The notes beneath the pieces are model-generated. The model was not told the origin of the DNA, did not search any database, and saw only the letters and a program-made list of their open reading frames with translations. From the human T2T-CHM13v2.0 reference genome, Homo sapiens, in the NCBI RefSeq assembly GCF_009914755.1, contig NC_060925.1: a DNA stretch of 64,000 nt; one strand, given 5' to 3'. The position numbers and the translations under genes are program-made. Below, one piece after another: positions 29,001 to 45,480 of this stretch. Numbering within the stretch: the stretch's first letter is position 1; each line of letters opens with the position of its first letter.

Positions 29001-32000
29001 TCGAACGGAATCAACATCAAATGGAATCAAATGGAATCATTGAACGGAATTGAATGGAATCGTCATCGAATGAATTGACTGCAATCATCCAATGGTCTCG
29101 AATGGAATCATCTTCAAATGGAATGGAATGGAATCATCGCATAGAATCGAATGGAATTATCATCGAATGGAATCGAATGGAATCAACATCCAACGGAAAA
29201 AAACGGAATTATCGAATGGAATCGAAGAGAATCCTCGAATGGACCCGAATGGAATCATCTAATGGAATGGAATGGAATAATCCATGGACTCGAATGCAAT
29301 CATCATCGAATGGAATCGAATGGAATCATCGAATGGACTCGAATGGAATAATCATTGAACGGAATCGAATGGAATCATCATCGGATGGAAATGAATGGAA
29401 TCATCATCGAATGGAATCGAATAGAATTATGGAATGAAATCCAGTGTGATCATCATCGAATGGACCCGAATGGAATCATCATCCAACGGAAGCTAATGGA
29501 ATCAACATCGAATGAATCAAATGGAAACACCATCGAATTGAAACGAATGGAATTATCATGAAATTGAAATGGATGGACTCATCATCGAATGGATTAATGG
29601 AATCATCGAATAAAATTGATTGAAATCATCATCGAATGGAATCGAATGGTATCATTGAATGGAATCGAATGGAATCATCATCAGATGGAAATGAATGGAA
29701 TCGTCATAGAATGGAATCGAATGGATTCATTGAATGGAATCAGATGGAATCATCGAATGGACTGGAATGGAATCATTGAATGGACTCGAAAGGGATCATT
29801 ATTGAATGGAATTGAATGGAATCATCGAATGGTCTCGATTGGAATCATTATCAAATGGAATCGAATGGAATCACCGAATAGAATCGAATGGAACAATCAT
29901 CGAATGGACTCCAATGGAATTATCCTCAAATGGAATCGAATGGAATTATCGAATGCAATCGAATGGAATTATCGAATGCAATCGAATAGAATGATCGAAT
30001 GGACTCGAATGGAATCATCGAATGGAATGGAATGGAACAGTCAATGAACTCGAATGGAATCATCATTGAATGGAATCGAATGGAATCATCGAGTGGAATC
30101 GAATGGAATTATGATCAAATGGAATCGAATGTAATCATCATCAAATGGAATCAAAAATAACCATCATCAATTGGTATTGAATGGAATTGTCATCAAATGG
30201 AATTCAAAGGAATCATCATCAAATGGAACCGAATGGAATCCTCATTGAATGGAAATGAAAGGGGTCATCATCTAATGGAATCGCATGGAATCATCATCAA
30301 ATGGAATCGAATGGAATCATCATCAAATGGAATCTAATGGAATCATTGAACAGAATTGAATGGAATCGTCATCGAATGAATTGAATTCAATCATCGAATG
30401 GTCTCGAATGGAATCATCTTCTAATGGAAAGGAATGGAATCATCGCATAGAATCGAATGGAATTATCATCGAATGGAATCGAATGGTATCAACACCAAAC
30501 GGAAAAAAACGGAATTATCAAATGGAATCGAAGAGAATCTTCGAACGGACCCGAATGGAATCATCTAATGGAATGGAATGGAATAATCCATGGACTCGAA
30601 TGCAATCATCATCGAATGGAATCGAATGGAATCATCGAATGGACTCGAATGGAATAATCATTGAACGGAATCGAATGGAATCATCATCGGATGGAAACGA
30701 ATGGAATCATCATCGAATGGAAATGAAAGGAGTCATCATCTAATGGAATTGCATGGAATCATCATAAAATGGAATCGAATGGAATCAACATCATATGGAA
30801 TCAAATGGAATCATTGAACGGAATTGAATGGAATCATCATCGAATGAATTGACTGCAATCACCCAATGGTCTCGAATGGAATCATCTTCAAATGGAATGG
30901 AATGGAATCATCGCATAGAATCGAATGGAATTATCATCGAATGGAATCGAATGGAATCAACATCAAACGGAAAAAAACGGAATTATCGAATGGAATCGAA
31001 GAGAATCATCGAATGGACCCGAATGGAATCATCTAATGGAATGGAATGGAATAATCCATGGACTCGAATGCAATCATCATCGAATGGAATCGAATGGAAT
31101 CATCGAATGGACTCGAATGGAATAATCATTGAACGGAATCGAATGGAATCATCATCGGATGGAAATGAATGGAATCATCATCGAATGGAATCGAATAGAA
31201 TTATGGAATGAAATCCAGTGTGATCATCATCGAATGGACCCGAATGGAATCATCATCCAACGGAAGCTAATGGAATCAACATCGAATGAATCAAATGGAA
31301 ACACCATCGAATTGAAACGAATGGAATTATCATGAAATTGAAATGGATGGACTCATCATCGAATGGATTCGAATGGAATCATCGAATAAAATTGATTGAA
31401 ATCATCATCGAATGGAATCGAATGGTATCATTGAATGGAATCGAATGGAATCATCATCAGATGGAAATGAATGGAATCGTCATAGAATGGAATCGAATGG
31501 ATTCTTTGAATGGAATCAGATGGAATCATCGAATGGACTGGAATGGAATCATTGAATGGACTCGAAAGGGATCATGATTGAATGGAATTGAATGGAATCA
31601 TCGAATGGTCTCGATTGGAATCATTATCAAATGGAATCGAATGGAATCACCGAATAGAATCGAATGGAACAATCATCGAATGGACTCAAATGGAATTATC
31701 CTCCAATGGAATGGAATGGAATTATCGAATGCAATCGAATGGAATTATCGAATGCAATCGAATAGAATCATCGAATGGACTCGAATGGAATCATCGAATG
31801 GAATGGAATGGAACAGTCAATGAACTCGAATGGAATCATCATTGAATGGAATCGAATGGAATCATCGAGTGGAATCGAATGGAATTATGATCAAATGGAA
31901 TCGAATGTAATCATCATCAAATGGAATCAAAAATAACCATCATCAATTGGTATTGAATGGAATTGTCATCAAATGGAATTCAAAGGAATCATCATCAAAT

Positions 32001-35000
32001 GGAACCGAATGGAATCCTCATTGAATGGAAATGAAAGGGGTCATCATCTAATGGAATCGCATGGAATCATCATCAAATGGAATCGAATGGAATCATCATC
32101 AAATGGAATCTAATGGAATCATTGAACAGAATTGAATGGAATCGTCATCGAATGAATTGAATGCAATCATCGAATGGTCTCGAATGGATTCATCTTCTAA
32201 TGGAAAGGAATGGAATCATCGCATAGAATCGAATGGAATTATCATCGAATGGAATCGAATGGTATCAACACCAAACGGAAAAAAACGGAATTATCGAATG
32301 GAATCGAAGAGAATCTTCGAACGGACCCGAATGGAATCATCTAATGGAATGGAATGGAATAATCCATGGACTCGAATGCAATCATCATCGAATGGAATCG
32401 AATGGAATCATCGAATGGACTCGAATGGAATAATCATTGAACGGAATCGATTGGAATCATCATCGGATGGAAACGAATGGAATCATCATCGAATGGAAAT
32501 GAAAGGAGTCATCATCTAATGGAATTGCATGGAATCATCATAAAATGGAATCGAATGGAATCAACATCAAATGGAATCAAATGGAATCATTGAACGGAAT
32601 TGAATGGAATCGTCATCGAATGAATTGACTGCAATCATCCAATGGTCTCGAATGGAATCATCTTCAAATGGAATGGAATGGAATCATCGCATAGAATCGA
32701 ATGGAATTATCATCGAATGGAATCGAATGGAATCAACATCCAACGGAAAAAAACGGAATTATCGAATGGAATCGAAGAGAATCATCGAATGGACCCGAAT
32801 GGAATCATGTAATGGAATGGAATGGAATAATCCATGGACTCGAATGCAATCATCATCGAATGGAATCGAATGGAATCATCGAATGGACTCGAATGGAATA
32901 ATCATTGAACGGAATCGAATGGAATCATCATCGGATGGAAATGAATGGAATCATCATCGAATGGAATCGAATAGAATTATGGAATGAAATCCAGTGTGAT
33001 CATCATCGAATGGACCCGAATGGAATCATCATCCAACGGAAGCTAATGGAATCAACATCGAATGAATCAAATGGAAACACCATCGAATTGAAACGAATGG
33101 AATTATCATGAAATTGAAATGGATGGACTCATCATCGAATGGATTCGAATGGAATCATCGAATAAAATTGATTGAAATCATCATCGAATGGAATCGAATG
33201 GTATCATTGAATGGAATCGAATGGAATCATCATCAGATGGAAATGAATGGAATCGTCATAGAATGGAATCGAATGGATTCATTGAATGGAATCAGATGGA
33301 ATCATCGAATGGACTGGAATGGAATCATTGAATGGACTCGAAAGGGATCATGATTGAATGGAATTGAATGGAATCATCGAATGGTCTCGATTGGAATCAT
33401 TATCAAATGGAATCGAATGGAATCACCGAATAGAATCGAATGGAACAATCATCGAATGGACTCAAATGGAATTATCCTCAAATGGAATCGAATGGAATTA
33501 TCGAATGCAATCGAATGGAATTATCGAATGCAATCGAATAGAATCATCGAATGGACTCGAATGGAATCATCGAATGGAATGGAATGGAACAGTCAATGAA
33601 CTCGAATGGAATCATCATTGAATGGAATCGAATGGAATCATCGAGTGGAATCGAATGGAATTATGATCAAATGGAATCGAATGTAATCATCATCAAATGG
33701 AATCAAAAATAACCATCATCAATTGGTATTGAATGGAATTGTCATCAAATGGAATTCAAAGGAATCATCATCAAATGGAACCGAATGGAATCCTCATTGA
33801 ATGGAAATGAAAGGGGTCATCATCTAATGGAATCGCATGGAATCATCATAAAATGGAATCGAATGGAATCAACATCAAATGGAATCAAATGGAATCATTG
33901 AACGGAATTGAATGGAATCGTCATCGAATGAATTGGATGCAATCATCGAATGGTCTCGAATGGAATCTTCTTCAAATGGAATGGAATGGAATCATCGCAT
34001 AGAATCGAATGGAATTATCATCGAATGGAATCGAATGGAATCAACATCAAACGGAAAAAAACGGAATTATCGAATGGAACCGAAGAGAATCATCGAATGG
34101 ACCCGAATGGAATCATCTAATAGAATGGAATGGAATAATCCATGGACTCGAATGCAATCATCATCGAATGGAATCGAATGGAATCATCGAATGGACTCGA
34201 ATGGAATAATCATTGAACGGAATCGATTGGAATCATCATCGGATGGAAACGAATGGAATCATCATCGAATGGAAATGAAAGGAGTCATCATCTAATGGAA
34301 TTGCATGGAATCATCATAAAATGGAATCGAATGGAATCAACATCAAATGGAATCAAATGGAATCATTGAACGGAATTGAATGGAATCGTCATCGAATGAA
34401 TTGACTGCAATCATCCAATGGTCTCGAATGGAATCATCTTCAAATGGAATGGAATGGAATCATCGCATAGAAGCGAATGGAATTATCATCGAATGGAATC
34501 GAATGGAATCAACATCCAACGGAAAAAAACGGAATTATCGAATGGAATCGAAGAGAATCATCGAATGGACCCGAATGGAATCATCTAATGGAATGGAATG
34601 GAATAATCCATGGACTCGAATGCAATCATCATCGAATGGAATCGAATGGAATCATCGAATGGACTCGAATGGAATAATCATTGAACGGAATCGAATGGAA
34701 TCATCATCGGATGGAAATGAATGGAATCATCATCGAATGGAATCGAATAGAATTATGGAATGAAATCCAGTGTGATCATCATCGAATGGACCCGAATGGA
34801 ATCATCATCCAACGGAAGCTAATGGAATCAACATCGAATGAATCAAATGGAAACACCATCGAATTGAAACGAATGGAATTATCATGAAATTGAAATGGAT
34901 GGACTCATCATCGAATGGATTCGAAAGGAATCATCGAATAAAATTGATTGAAATCATCATCGAATGGAATCGAATGGTATCATTGAATGGAATCGAATGG

Positions 35001-38000
35001 AATCATCATCAGATGGAAATGAATGGAATCGTCATAGAATGGAATCGAATGGATTCATTGAATGGAATCAGATGGAATCATCGAATGGACTGGAATGGAA
35101 TCATTGAATGGACTCGAAAGGGATCATTATTGAATGGAATTGAATGGAATCATCGAATGGTCTCGATTGGAATCATTATCAAATGGAATCGAATGGAATC
35201 ACCGAATAGAATCGAATGGAACAATCATCGAATGGACTCAAATGGAATTATCCTCCAATGGAATCGAATGGAAATATCGAATGCAATCGAATGGAATTAT
35301 CGAATGCAATCGAATAGAATCATCGAATGGACTCGAATGGAATCATCGAATGGAATGGAATGGAACAGTCAATGAACTCGAATGGAATCATCATTGAATG
35401 GAATCGAATGGAATCATCGAGTGGAATCGAATGGAATTATGATCAAATGGAATCGAATGTAATCATCATCAAATGGAATCAAAAATAACCATCATCAATT
35501 GGTATTGAATGGAATTCTCATCAAATGGAATTCAAAGGAATCAATATCAAATGGAACCGAATGGAATCCTCATTGAATGGAAATGAAAGGGGTCATCATC
35601 TAATGGAATCGCATGGAATCATCATCAAATGGAATCGAATGGAATCATCATCAAATGGAATCTAATGGAATCATTGAACAGAATTGAATGGAATCGTCAT
35701 CGAATGAATTGAATGCAATCATCGAATGGTCTCGAATGGAATCATCTTCTAATGGAAAGGAATGGAATCATCGCATAGAATCGAATGGAATTATCATCGA
35801 ATGGAATCGAATGGTATCAACACCAAACGGAAAAAAACGGAATTATCGAATGGAATCGAAGAGAATCTTCGAACGGACCCGAATGGAATCATCTAATGGA
35901 ATGGAATGGAATAATCCATGGACTCGAATGCAATCATCATCGAATGGAATCGAATGGAATCATCGAATGGACTCGAATGGAATAATCATTGAACGGAATC
36001 GAATGGAATCATCATCGGATGGAAACGAATGGAATCATCATCGAATGGAAATGAAAGGAGTCATCATCTAATGGAATTGCATGGAATCATCATAAAATGG
36101 AATCGAATGGAATCAACATCAAATGGAATCAAATGGAATCATTGAACGGAATTGAATGGAATCGTCATCGAATGAATTGACTGCAATCATCCAATGGTCT
36201 CGAATGGAATCATCTTCAAATGGAATGGAATGGAATCATCGCATAGAATCGAATGGAATTATCATCGAATGGAATCGAATGGAATCAACATCAAACGGAA
36301 AAAAACGGAATTATCGAATGGAATCGAAGAGAATCATCGAATGGACCCGAATGGAATCATCTAATGGAATGGAATGGAATAATCCATGGACTCGAATGCA
36401 ATCATCATCGAATGGAATCGAATGGAATCATCGAATGGACTCGAATGGAATAATCATTGAACGGAATCGAATGGAATCATCATCGGATGGAAATGAATGG
36501 AATCATCATCGAATGGAATCGAATAGAATTATGGAATGAAATCCAGTGTGATCATCATCGAATGGACCCGAATGGAATCATCATCCAACGGAAGCTAATG
36601 GAATCAACATCGAATGAATCGAATGGAAACACCATCGAATTGAAACGAATGGAATTATCATGAAATTGAAATAGATGGACTCATCATCGAATGGATTCGA
36701 ATGGAATCATCGAATAAAATTGATTGAAATCATCATCGAATGGAATCGAATGGTATCATTGAATGGAATCGAATGGAATCATCATCAGATGGAAATGAAT
36801 GGAATCGTCATAGAATGGAATCGAATGGATTCATTGAATGGAATCAGATGGAATCATCGAATGGACTGGAATGGAATCATTGAATGGACTCGAAAGGGAT
36901 CATGATTGAATGGAAGTGAATGGAATCATCGAATGGTCTCGATTGGAATCATTATCAAATGGAATCGAATGGAATCACCGAATAGAATCGAATGGAACAA
37001 TCATCGAATGGACTCAAATGGAATTATCCTCAAATGGAATCGAATGGAATTATCGAATGCAATCGAATGGAATTTTCGAATGCAATCGAATAGAATCATC
37101 GAATGGACTCGAATGGAATCATCGAATGGAATGGAATGGAACAGTCAATGAACACGAATGGAATCATCATTGAATGGAATCGAATGGAATCATCGAGTGG
37201 AATCGAATTGAATTATGATCAAATGGAATCGAATGTAATCATCATCAAATGGAATCAAAAATAACCATCATCAATTGCTATTGAATGGAATTGTCATCAA
37301 ATGGAATTCAAAGGAATCATCATCAAATGGAACCGAATGGAATCCTCATTGAATGGAAATGAAAGGGGTCATCATCTAATGGAATCGCATGGAATCATCA
37401 TCAAATGGAATCAAATGGAATCATCATCAAATGGAATCTAATGGAATCATTGAACAGAATTGAATGGAATCGTCATCAAATGAATTGAATGCAATCATCG
37501 AATGGTCTCGAATGGAATCATCTTCTAATGGAAAGGAATGGAATCATCGCATAGAATCGAATGGAATTATCATCGAATGGAATCGAATGGTATCAACACC
37601 AAACGGAAAAAAACGGAATTATCGAATGGAATCGAAGAGAATCTTCGAACGGACCCGAATGGAATCATCTAATGGAATGGAATGGAATAATCCATGGACT
37701 CGAATGCAATCATCATCGAATGGAATCGAATGGAATCATCGAATGGACTCGAATGGAATAATCATTGAACGGAATCGAATGGAATCATCATCGGATGGAA
37801 ACGAATGGAATCATCATCGAATGGAAATGAAAGGAGTCATCATCTAATGCAATTGCATGGAATCATCATCAAATGGAATCGAATGGAATCAACATCAAAT
37901 GGAATCTAATGGAATCATTGAACAGAATTGAATGGAATCGTCATCGAATGAATTGACTGCAATCATCGAATGGTCTCGAATGGAATCATCTTCAAATGGA

Positions 38001-38435
38001 ATGGAATGGAATCATCGCATAGAATCGAATGGAATTATCATCGAATGGAATCGAATGGAATCAACATCAAACGGAAAAAAACAGAATTATCGAATGGAAT
38101 CGAAGAGAATCATCGCATGGACCCGAATGGAATCATCTAATGGAATGGAATGGAATAATCCATGGACTCGAATGCAATCATCATCGAATGGAATCGAATG
38201 GAATCATCGAGTGGACTCGAATGGAATAATCATTGAACGGAATCGAATGGAATCATCATCGGATGGAAATGAATGGAATCATCATCGAATGGAATCGAAT
38301 AGAATTATGGAATTAAATCCAGTGTGATCATCATCGAATGGACCCGAATGGAATCATCATCCAACGGAAGCTAATGGAATCAACATCGAATGAATCAAAT
38401 GGAAACACCATCGAATTGAAACGAATGGAATTATC
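26007..38435 (+). repeat. Regular run of about 1776-bp units
   Basis: Landmarks at 26007, 27782, 29558, 31332, 33108, 34884, 36660 and 38436 (spacings 1774-1776). Confidence 0.9.
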
Positions 38436-39239
38436 ATGAAATTGAAATGGATGGACTCATCATCGAATGGATTCCAATGGAATCATCGAATAAAATTGAT
38501 TGAAATCATCATCGAATGGAATCGAATGGTATCATTGAATGGAATCGAATGGAATCATCATCAGATGGAAATGAATGGAATCGTCATAGAATGGAATCGA
38601 ATGGATTCATTGAATGGAATCAGATGGAATCATCGAATGGACTGGAATGGAATCATTGAATGGACTCGAAAGGGATCATGATTGAATGGAATTGAATGGA
38701 ATCATCGAATGGTCTCGATTGGAATCATTATCAAATGGAATCGAATGGAATCACCGAATAGAATCGAATGGAACAATCATCGAATGGACTCAAATGGAAT
38801 TATCCTCAAATGGAATCGAATGGAATTATCGAATGCAATCGAATGGAATTATCGAATGCAATCGAATAGAATCATCGAATGGACTCGAATGGAATCATCG
38901 AATGGAATGGAATGGAACAGTCAATGAACTCGAATGGAATCATCATTGAATGGAATCGAATGGAATCATCGAGTGGAATCGAATGGAATTATGATCAAAT
39001 GGAATCGAATGTAATCATCATCAAATGGAATCAAAAATAACCATCATCAATTGGTATTGAATGGAATTGTCATCAAATGGAATTCAAAGGAATCATCATC
39101 AAATGGAACCGAATGGAATCCTCATTGAATGGAAATGAAAGGGGTCATCATCTAATGGAATCGCATGGAATCATCATCAAATGGAATCGAATGGAATCAT
39201 CATCAAATGGAATCTAATGGAATCATTGAACAGAATTGA

Positions 39240-40302
39240 ATGGAATCGTCATCGAATGAATTGAATGCAATCATCGAATGGTCTCGAATGGAATCATCTT
39301 CTAATGGAAAGGAATGGAATCATCGCATAGAATCGAATGGAATTATCATCGAATGGAATCGAATGGTATCAACACCAAACGGAAAAAAACGGAATTATCG
39401 AATGGAATCGAAGAGAATCTTCGAACGGACCCGAATGGAATCATCTAATGGAATGGAATGGAATAATCCATGGACTCGAATGCAATCATCATCGAATGGA
39501 ATCGAATGGAATCATCGAATGGACTCGAATGGTATAATCATTGAACGGAATCGAATGGAATCATCATCGGATGGAAACGAATGGAATCATCATCGAATGG
39601 AAATGAAAGGAGTCATCATCTAATGGAATTGCATGGAATCATCATAAAATGGAATCGAATGGAATCAACATCAAATCGAATCAAACGGAATCATTGAACG
39701 GAATTGAATGGAATCGTCATCGAATGAATTGACTGCAATCATCGAATGGTCTCGAATGGAATCATCTTCAAATGGAATGGAATGGAATCGTCGCATAGAA
39801 TCGAATGGAATTATCACCGAATGGAATCGAATGGAATCAACATCAAACGGAAAAAAACGGAATTATCGAATGGAATCGAAGAGAATCATCGAATGGACCC
39901 GAATGGAATCATCTAATGGAATGGAATGGAATAATCCATGGACTCGAATGCAATCATCATCGAATGGAATCGAATGGAATCATCGAATGAACTCGAATGG
40001 AATCATCATTGAATGGAATCGAATGGAATCATCGAGTGGAATCGAATGGAATTATGATCAAATGGAATCGACTGTAATCATCATCAAATGGAATCAAAAA
40101 TAACCATCATCAATTGGTATTGAATGGAATTGTCATCAAATGGAATTCAAAGGAATCATCATCAAATGGAACCGAATGGAATCCTCATTGAATGGAAATG
40201 AAAGGGGTCATCATCTAATGGAATCGCATGGAATCATCATCAAATGGAATCGAATGGAATCATCATCAAATGGAATCTAATGGAATCATTGAACAGAATT
40301 GA
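39240..40302 (+). repeat. 1063-bp truncated unit (713-bp deletion), copy 1
   Basis: The junction catcgaatgaactcgaatggaatcatcattg near 39989 skips the ccagtgtg / aaaattgattg / cagtcaat segment. Landmark spacing is 2839 = 1776 + 1063. Confidence 0.88.
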
Positions 40303-43300
40303 ATGGAATCGTCATCGAATGAATTGAATGCAATCATCGAATGGTCTCGAATGGAATCATCTTCTAATGGAAAGGAATGGAATCATCGCATAGAATCGAA
40401 TGGAATTATCATCGAATGGAATCGAATGGTATAAACACCAAACGGAAAAAAACGGAATTATCGAATGGAATCGAAGAGAATCTTCGAACGGACCCGAATG
40501 GAATCATCTAATGGAATGGAATGGAATAATCCATGGACTCGAATGCAATCATCATCGAATGGAATCGAATGGAATCATCGAATGGACTCGAATGGAATAA
40601 TCATTGAACGGAATCGAATGGAATCATCATCGGATGGAAACGAATGGAATCATCATCGAATGGAAATGAAAGGAATCATCATCTAATGGAATTGCATGGA
40701 ATCATCATAAAATGGAATCGAATGGAATCAACATCAAATCGAATCAAACGGAATCATTGAACGGAATTGAATGGAATCGTCATCGAATGAATTGACTGCA
40801 ATCATCGAATGGTCTCGAATGGAATCATCTTCAAATGGAATGGAATGGAATCATCGCATAGAATCGAATGGAATTATCACCGAAAGCAATCGAATGGAAT
40901 CAACATCCAACGGAAAAAAACGGAATTATCGAATGGAATCGAAGAGAATCATCGAATGGACCCGAATGGAATCATCTAATGGAATGGAATGGAATAATCC
41001 ATGGACTCGAATGCAATCATCATCGAATGGAATCGAATGGAATCATCGAATGGACTCGAATGGAATAATCATTGAACGGAATAGAATGGAATCATCATCG
41101 GATGGAAATGAATGGAATCATCATCGAATGGAATCGAATAGAATTATGGAATGAAATCCAGTGTGATCATCATCGAATGGACCCGAATGGAATCATCATC
41201 CAACGGAAGCTAATGGAATCAACATCGAATGAATCAAATGGAAACACCATCGAATTGAAACGAATGGAATTATCATGAAATTGAAATGGATGGACTCATC
41301 ATCGAATGGATTCGAAAGGAATCATCGAATAAAATTGATTGAAATCATCATCGAATGGAATCGAATGGTATCATTGAATGGAATCGAATGGAATCATCAT
41401 CAGATGGAAATGAATGGAATCGTCATAGAATGGAATCGAATGGATTCATTGAATGGAATCAGATGGAATCATCGAATGGACTGGAATGGAATCATTGAAT
41501 GGACTCGAAAGGGATCATGATTGAATGGAATTGAATGGAATCATCGAATGGTCTCGATTGGAATCATTATCAAATGGAATCGAATGGAATCACCGAATAG
41601 AATCGAATGGAACAATCATCGAATGGACTCAAATGGAATTATCCTCCAATGGAATCGAATGGAATTATCGAATGCAATCGAATGGAATTATCGAATGCAA
41701 TCGAATAGAATCATCGAATGGACTCGAATGGAATCATCGAATGGAATGGAATGGAACAGTCAATGAACTCGAATGGAATCATCATTGAATGGAATCGAAT
41801 GGAATCATCGAGTAGAATCGAATGGAATTATGATCAAATGGAATCGAATGTAATCATCATCAAATGGAATCAAAAATAACCATCATCAATTGGTATTGAA
41901 TGGAATTGTCATCAAATGGAATTCAAAGGAATCAATATCAAATGGAACCGAATGGAATCCTCATTGAATGGAAATGAAAGGGGTCATCATCTAATGGAAT
42001 CGCATGGAATCATCATCAAATGGAATCGAATGGAATCATCATCAAATGGAATCTAATGGAATCATTGAACAGAATTGAATGGAATCGTCATCGAATGAAT
42101 TGAATGCAATCATCGAATGGTCTCGAATGGAATCATCTTCTAATGGAAAGGAATGGAATCATCGCATAGAATCGAATGGAATTATCATCGAATGGAATCG
42201 AATGGTATCAACACCAAACGGAAAAAAACGGAATTATCGAATGGAATCGAAGAGAATCTTCGAACGGACCCGAATGGAATCATCTAATGGAATGGAATGG
42301 AATAATCCATGGACTCGAATGCAATCATCATCGAATGGAATCGAATGGAATCATCGAATGGACTCGAATGGAATAATCATTGAACGGAATCGAATGGAAT
42401 CATCATCGGATGGAAACGAATGGAATCATCATCGAATGGAAATGAAAGGAGTCATCATCTAATGGAATTGCATGGAATCATCATAAAATGGAATCGAATG
42501 GAATCAACATCAAATGGAATCAAAAGGAATCATTGAACGGAATTGAATGGAATCGTCATCGAATGAATTGACTGCAATCATCCAATGGTCTCGAATGGAA
42601 TCATCTTCAAATGGAATGGAATGGAATCATCGCATAGAATCGAATGGAATTATCATCGAATGGAATCGAATGGAATCAACATCAAACGGAAAAAAACGGA
42701 ATTATCGAATGGAATCGAAGAGAATCATCGAATGGACCCGAATGGAATCATCTAATGGAATGGAATGGAATAATCCATGGACTCGAATACAATCATCATC
42801 GAATGGAATCGAATGGAATCATCGAATGGACTCGAATGGAATAATCATTGAACGGAATCGAATGGAATCATCATCGGATGGAAATGAATGGAATCATCAT
42901 CGAATGGAATCGAATAGAATTATGGAATGAAATCCAGTGTGATCATCATCGAATGGACCCGAATGGAATCATCATCCAACGGAAGCTAATGGAATCAACA
43001 TCGAATGAATCGAATGGAAACACCATCGAATTGAAACGAATGGAATTATCATGAAATTGAAATGGATGGACTCATCATCGAATGGATTCGAATGGAATCA
43101 TCGAATAAAATTGATTGAAATCATCATCGAATGGAATCGAATGGTATCATTGAATGGAATCGAATGAAATCATCATCAGATGGAAATGAATGGAATCGTC
43201 ATAGATTGGAATCGAATGGATTCATTGAATGGAATCAGATGGAATCATCGAATGGACTGGAATGGAATCATTGAATGGACTCGAAAGGGATCATGATTGA

Positions 43301-45480
43301 ATGGAATTGAATGGAATCATCGAATGGTCTCGATTGCAATCATTATCAAATGGAATCGAATGGAATCACCGAATAGAATCGAATGGAACAATCATCGAAT
43401 GGACTCAAATGGAATTATCCTCAAATGGAATCGAATGGAATTATCGAATGCAATCGAATGGAATTATCGAATGCAATCGAATAGAATCATCGAATGGACT
43501 CGAATGGAATCATCGAATGGAATGGAATGGAACAGTCAATGAACACGAATGGAATCATCATTGAATGGAATCGAATGGAATCATCGAGTGGAATCGAATT
43601 GAATTATGATCAAATGGAATCGAATGTAATCATCATCAAATGGAATCAAAAATAACCATCATCAATTGCTATTGAATGGAATTGTCATCAAATGGAATTC
43701 AAAGGAATCATCATCAAATGGAACCGAATGGAATCCTCATTGAATGGAAATGAAAGGGGTCATCATCTAATGGAATCGCATGGAATCATCATCAAATGGA
43801 ATCAAATGGAATCATCATCAAATGGAATCTAATGGAATCATTGAACAGAATTGAATGGAATCGTCATCGAATGAATTGAATGCAATCATCGAATGGTCTC
43901 GAATGGAATCATCTTCTAATGGAAAGGAATGGAATCATCGCATAGAATCGAATGGAATTATCATCGAATGGAATCGAATGGTATCAACACCAAACGGAAA
44001 AAAACGGAATTATCGAATGGAATCGAAGAGAATCTTCGAACGGACCCGAATGGAATCATCTAATGGAATGGAATGGAATAATCCATGGACTCGAATGCAA
44101 TCATCATCGAATGGAATCGAATGGAATCATCGAATGGACTCGAATGGAATAATCATTGAACGGAATCGAATGGAATCATCATCGGATGGAAACGAATGGA
44201 ATCATCATCGAATGGAAATGAAAGGAGTCATCATCTAATGCAATTGCATGGAATCATCATCAAATGGAATCGAATGGAATCAACATCAAATGGAATCTAA
44301 TGGAATCATTGAACAGAATTGAATGGAATCGTCATCGAATGAATTGACTGCAATCATCGAATGGTCTCGAATGGAATCATCTTCAAATGGAATGGAATGG
44401 AATCATCGCATAGAATCGAATGGAATTATCATCGAATGGAATCGAATGGAATCAACATCAAACGGAAAAAAACGGAATTATCGAATGGAATCGAAGAGAA
44501 TCATCGCATGGACCCGAATGGAATCATCTAATGGAATGGAATGGAATAATCCATGGACTCGAATGCAATCATCATCGAATGGAATCGAATGGAATCATCG
44601 AGTGGACTCGAATGGAATAATCATTGAACGGAATCGAATGGAATCATCATCGGATGGAAATGAATGGAATCATCATCGAATGGAATCGAATAGAATTATG
44701 GAATTAAATCCAGTGTGATCATCATCGAATGGACCCGAATGGAATCATCATCCAACGGAAGCTAATGGAATCAACATCGAATGAATCAAATGGAAACACC
44801 ATCGAATTGAAACGAATGGAATTATCATGAAATTGAAATGGATGGACTCATCATCGAATGGATTCGAATGGAATCATCGAATAAAATTGATTGAAATCAT
44901 CATCGAATGGAATCGAATGGTATCATTGAATGGAATCGAATGGAATCATCATCAGATGGAAATGAATGGAATCGTCATAGAATGGAATCGAATGGATTCA
45001 TTGAATGGAATCAGATGGAATCATCGAATGGACTGGAATGGAATCATTGAATGGACTCGAAAGGGATCATGATTGAATGGAATTGAATGGAATCATCGAA
45101 TGGTCTCGATTGGAATCATTATCAAATGGAATCGAATGGAATCACCGAATAGAATCGAATGGAACAATCATCGAATGGACTCAAATGGAATTATCCTCAA
45201 ATGGAATCGAATGGAATTATCGAATGCAATCGAATGGAATTATCGAATGCAATCGAATAGAATCATCGAATGGACTCGAATGGAATCATCGAATGGAATG
45301 GAATGGAACAGTCAATGAACTCGAATGGAATCATCATTGAATGGAATCGAATGGAATCATCGAGTGGAATCGAATGGAATTATGATCAAATGCAATCGAA
45401 TGTAATCCTCATCAAATGGAATCAAAAATAACCATCATCAACTGGTATTGAATGGAATTCTCATCAAATGGAATTCAAAG

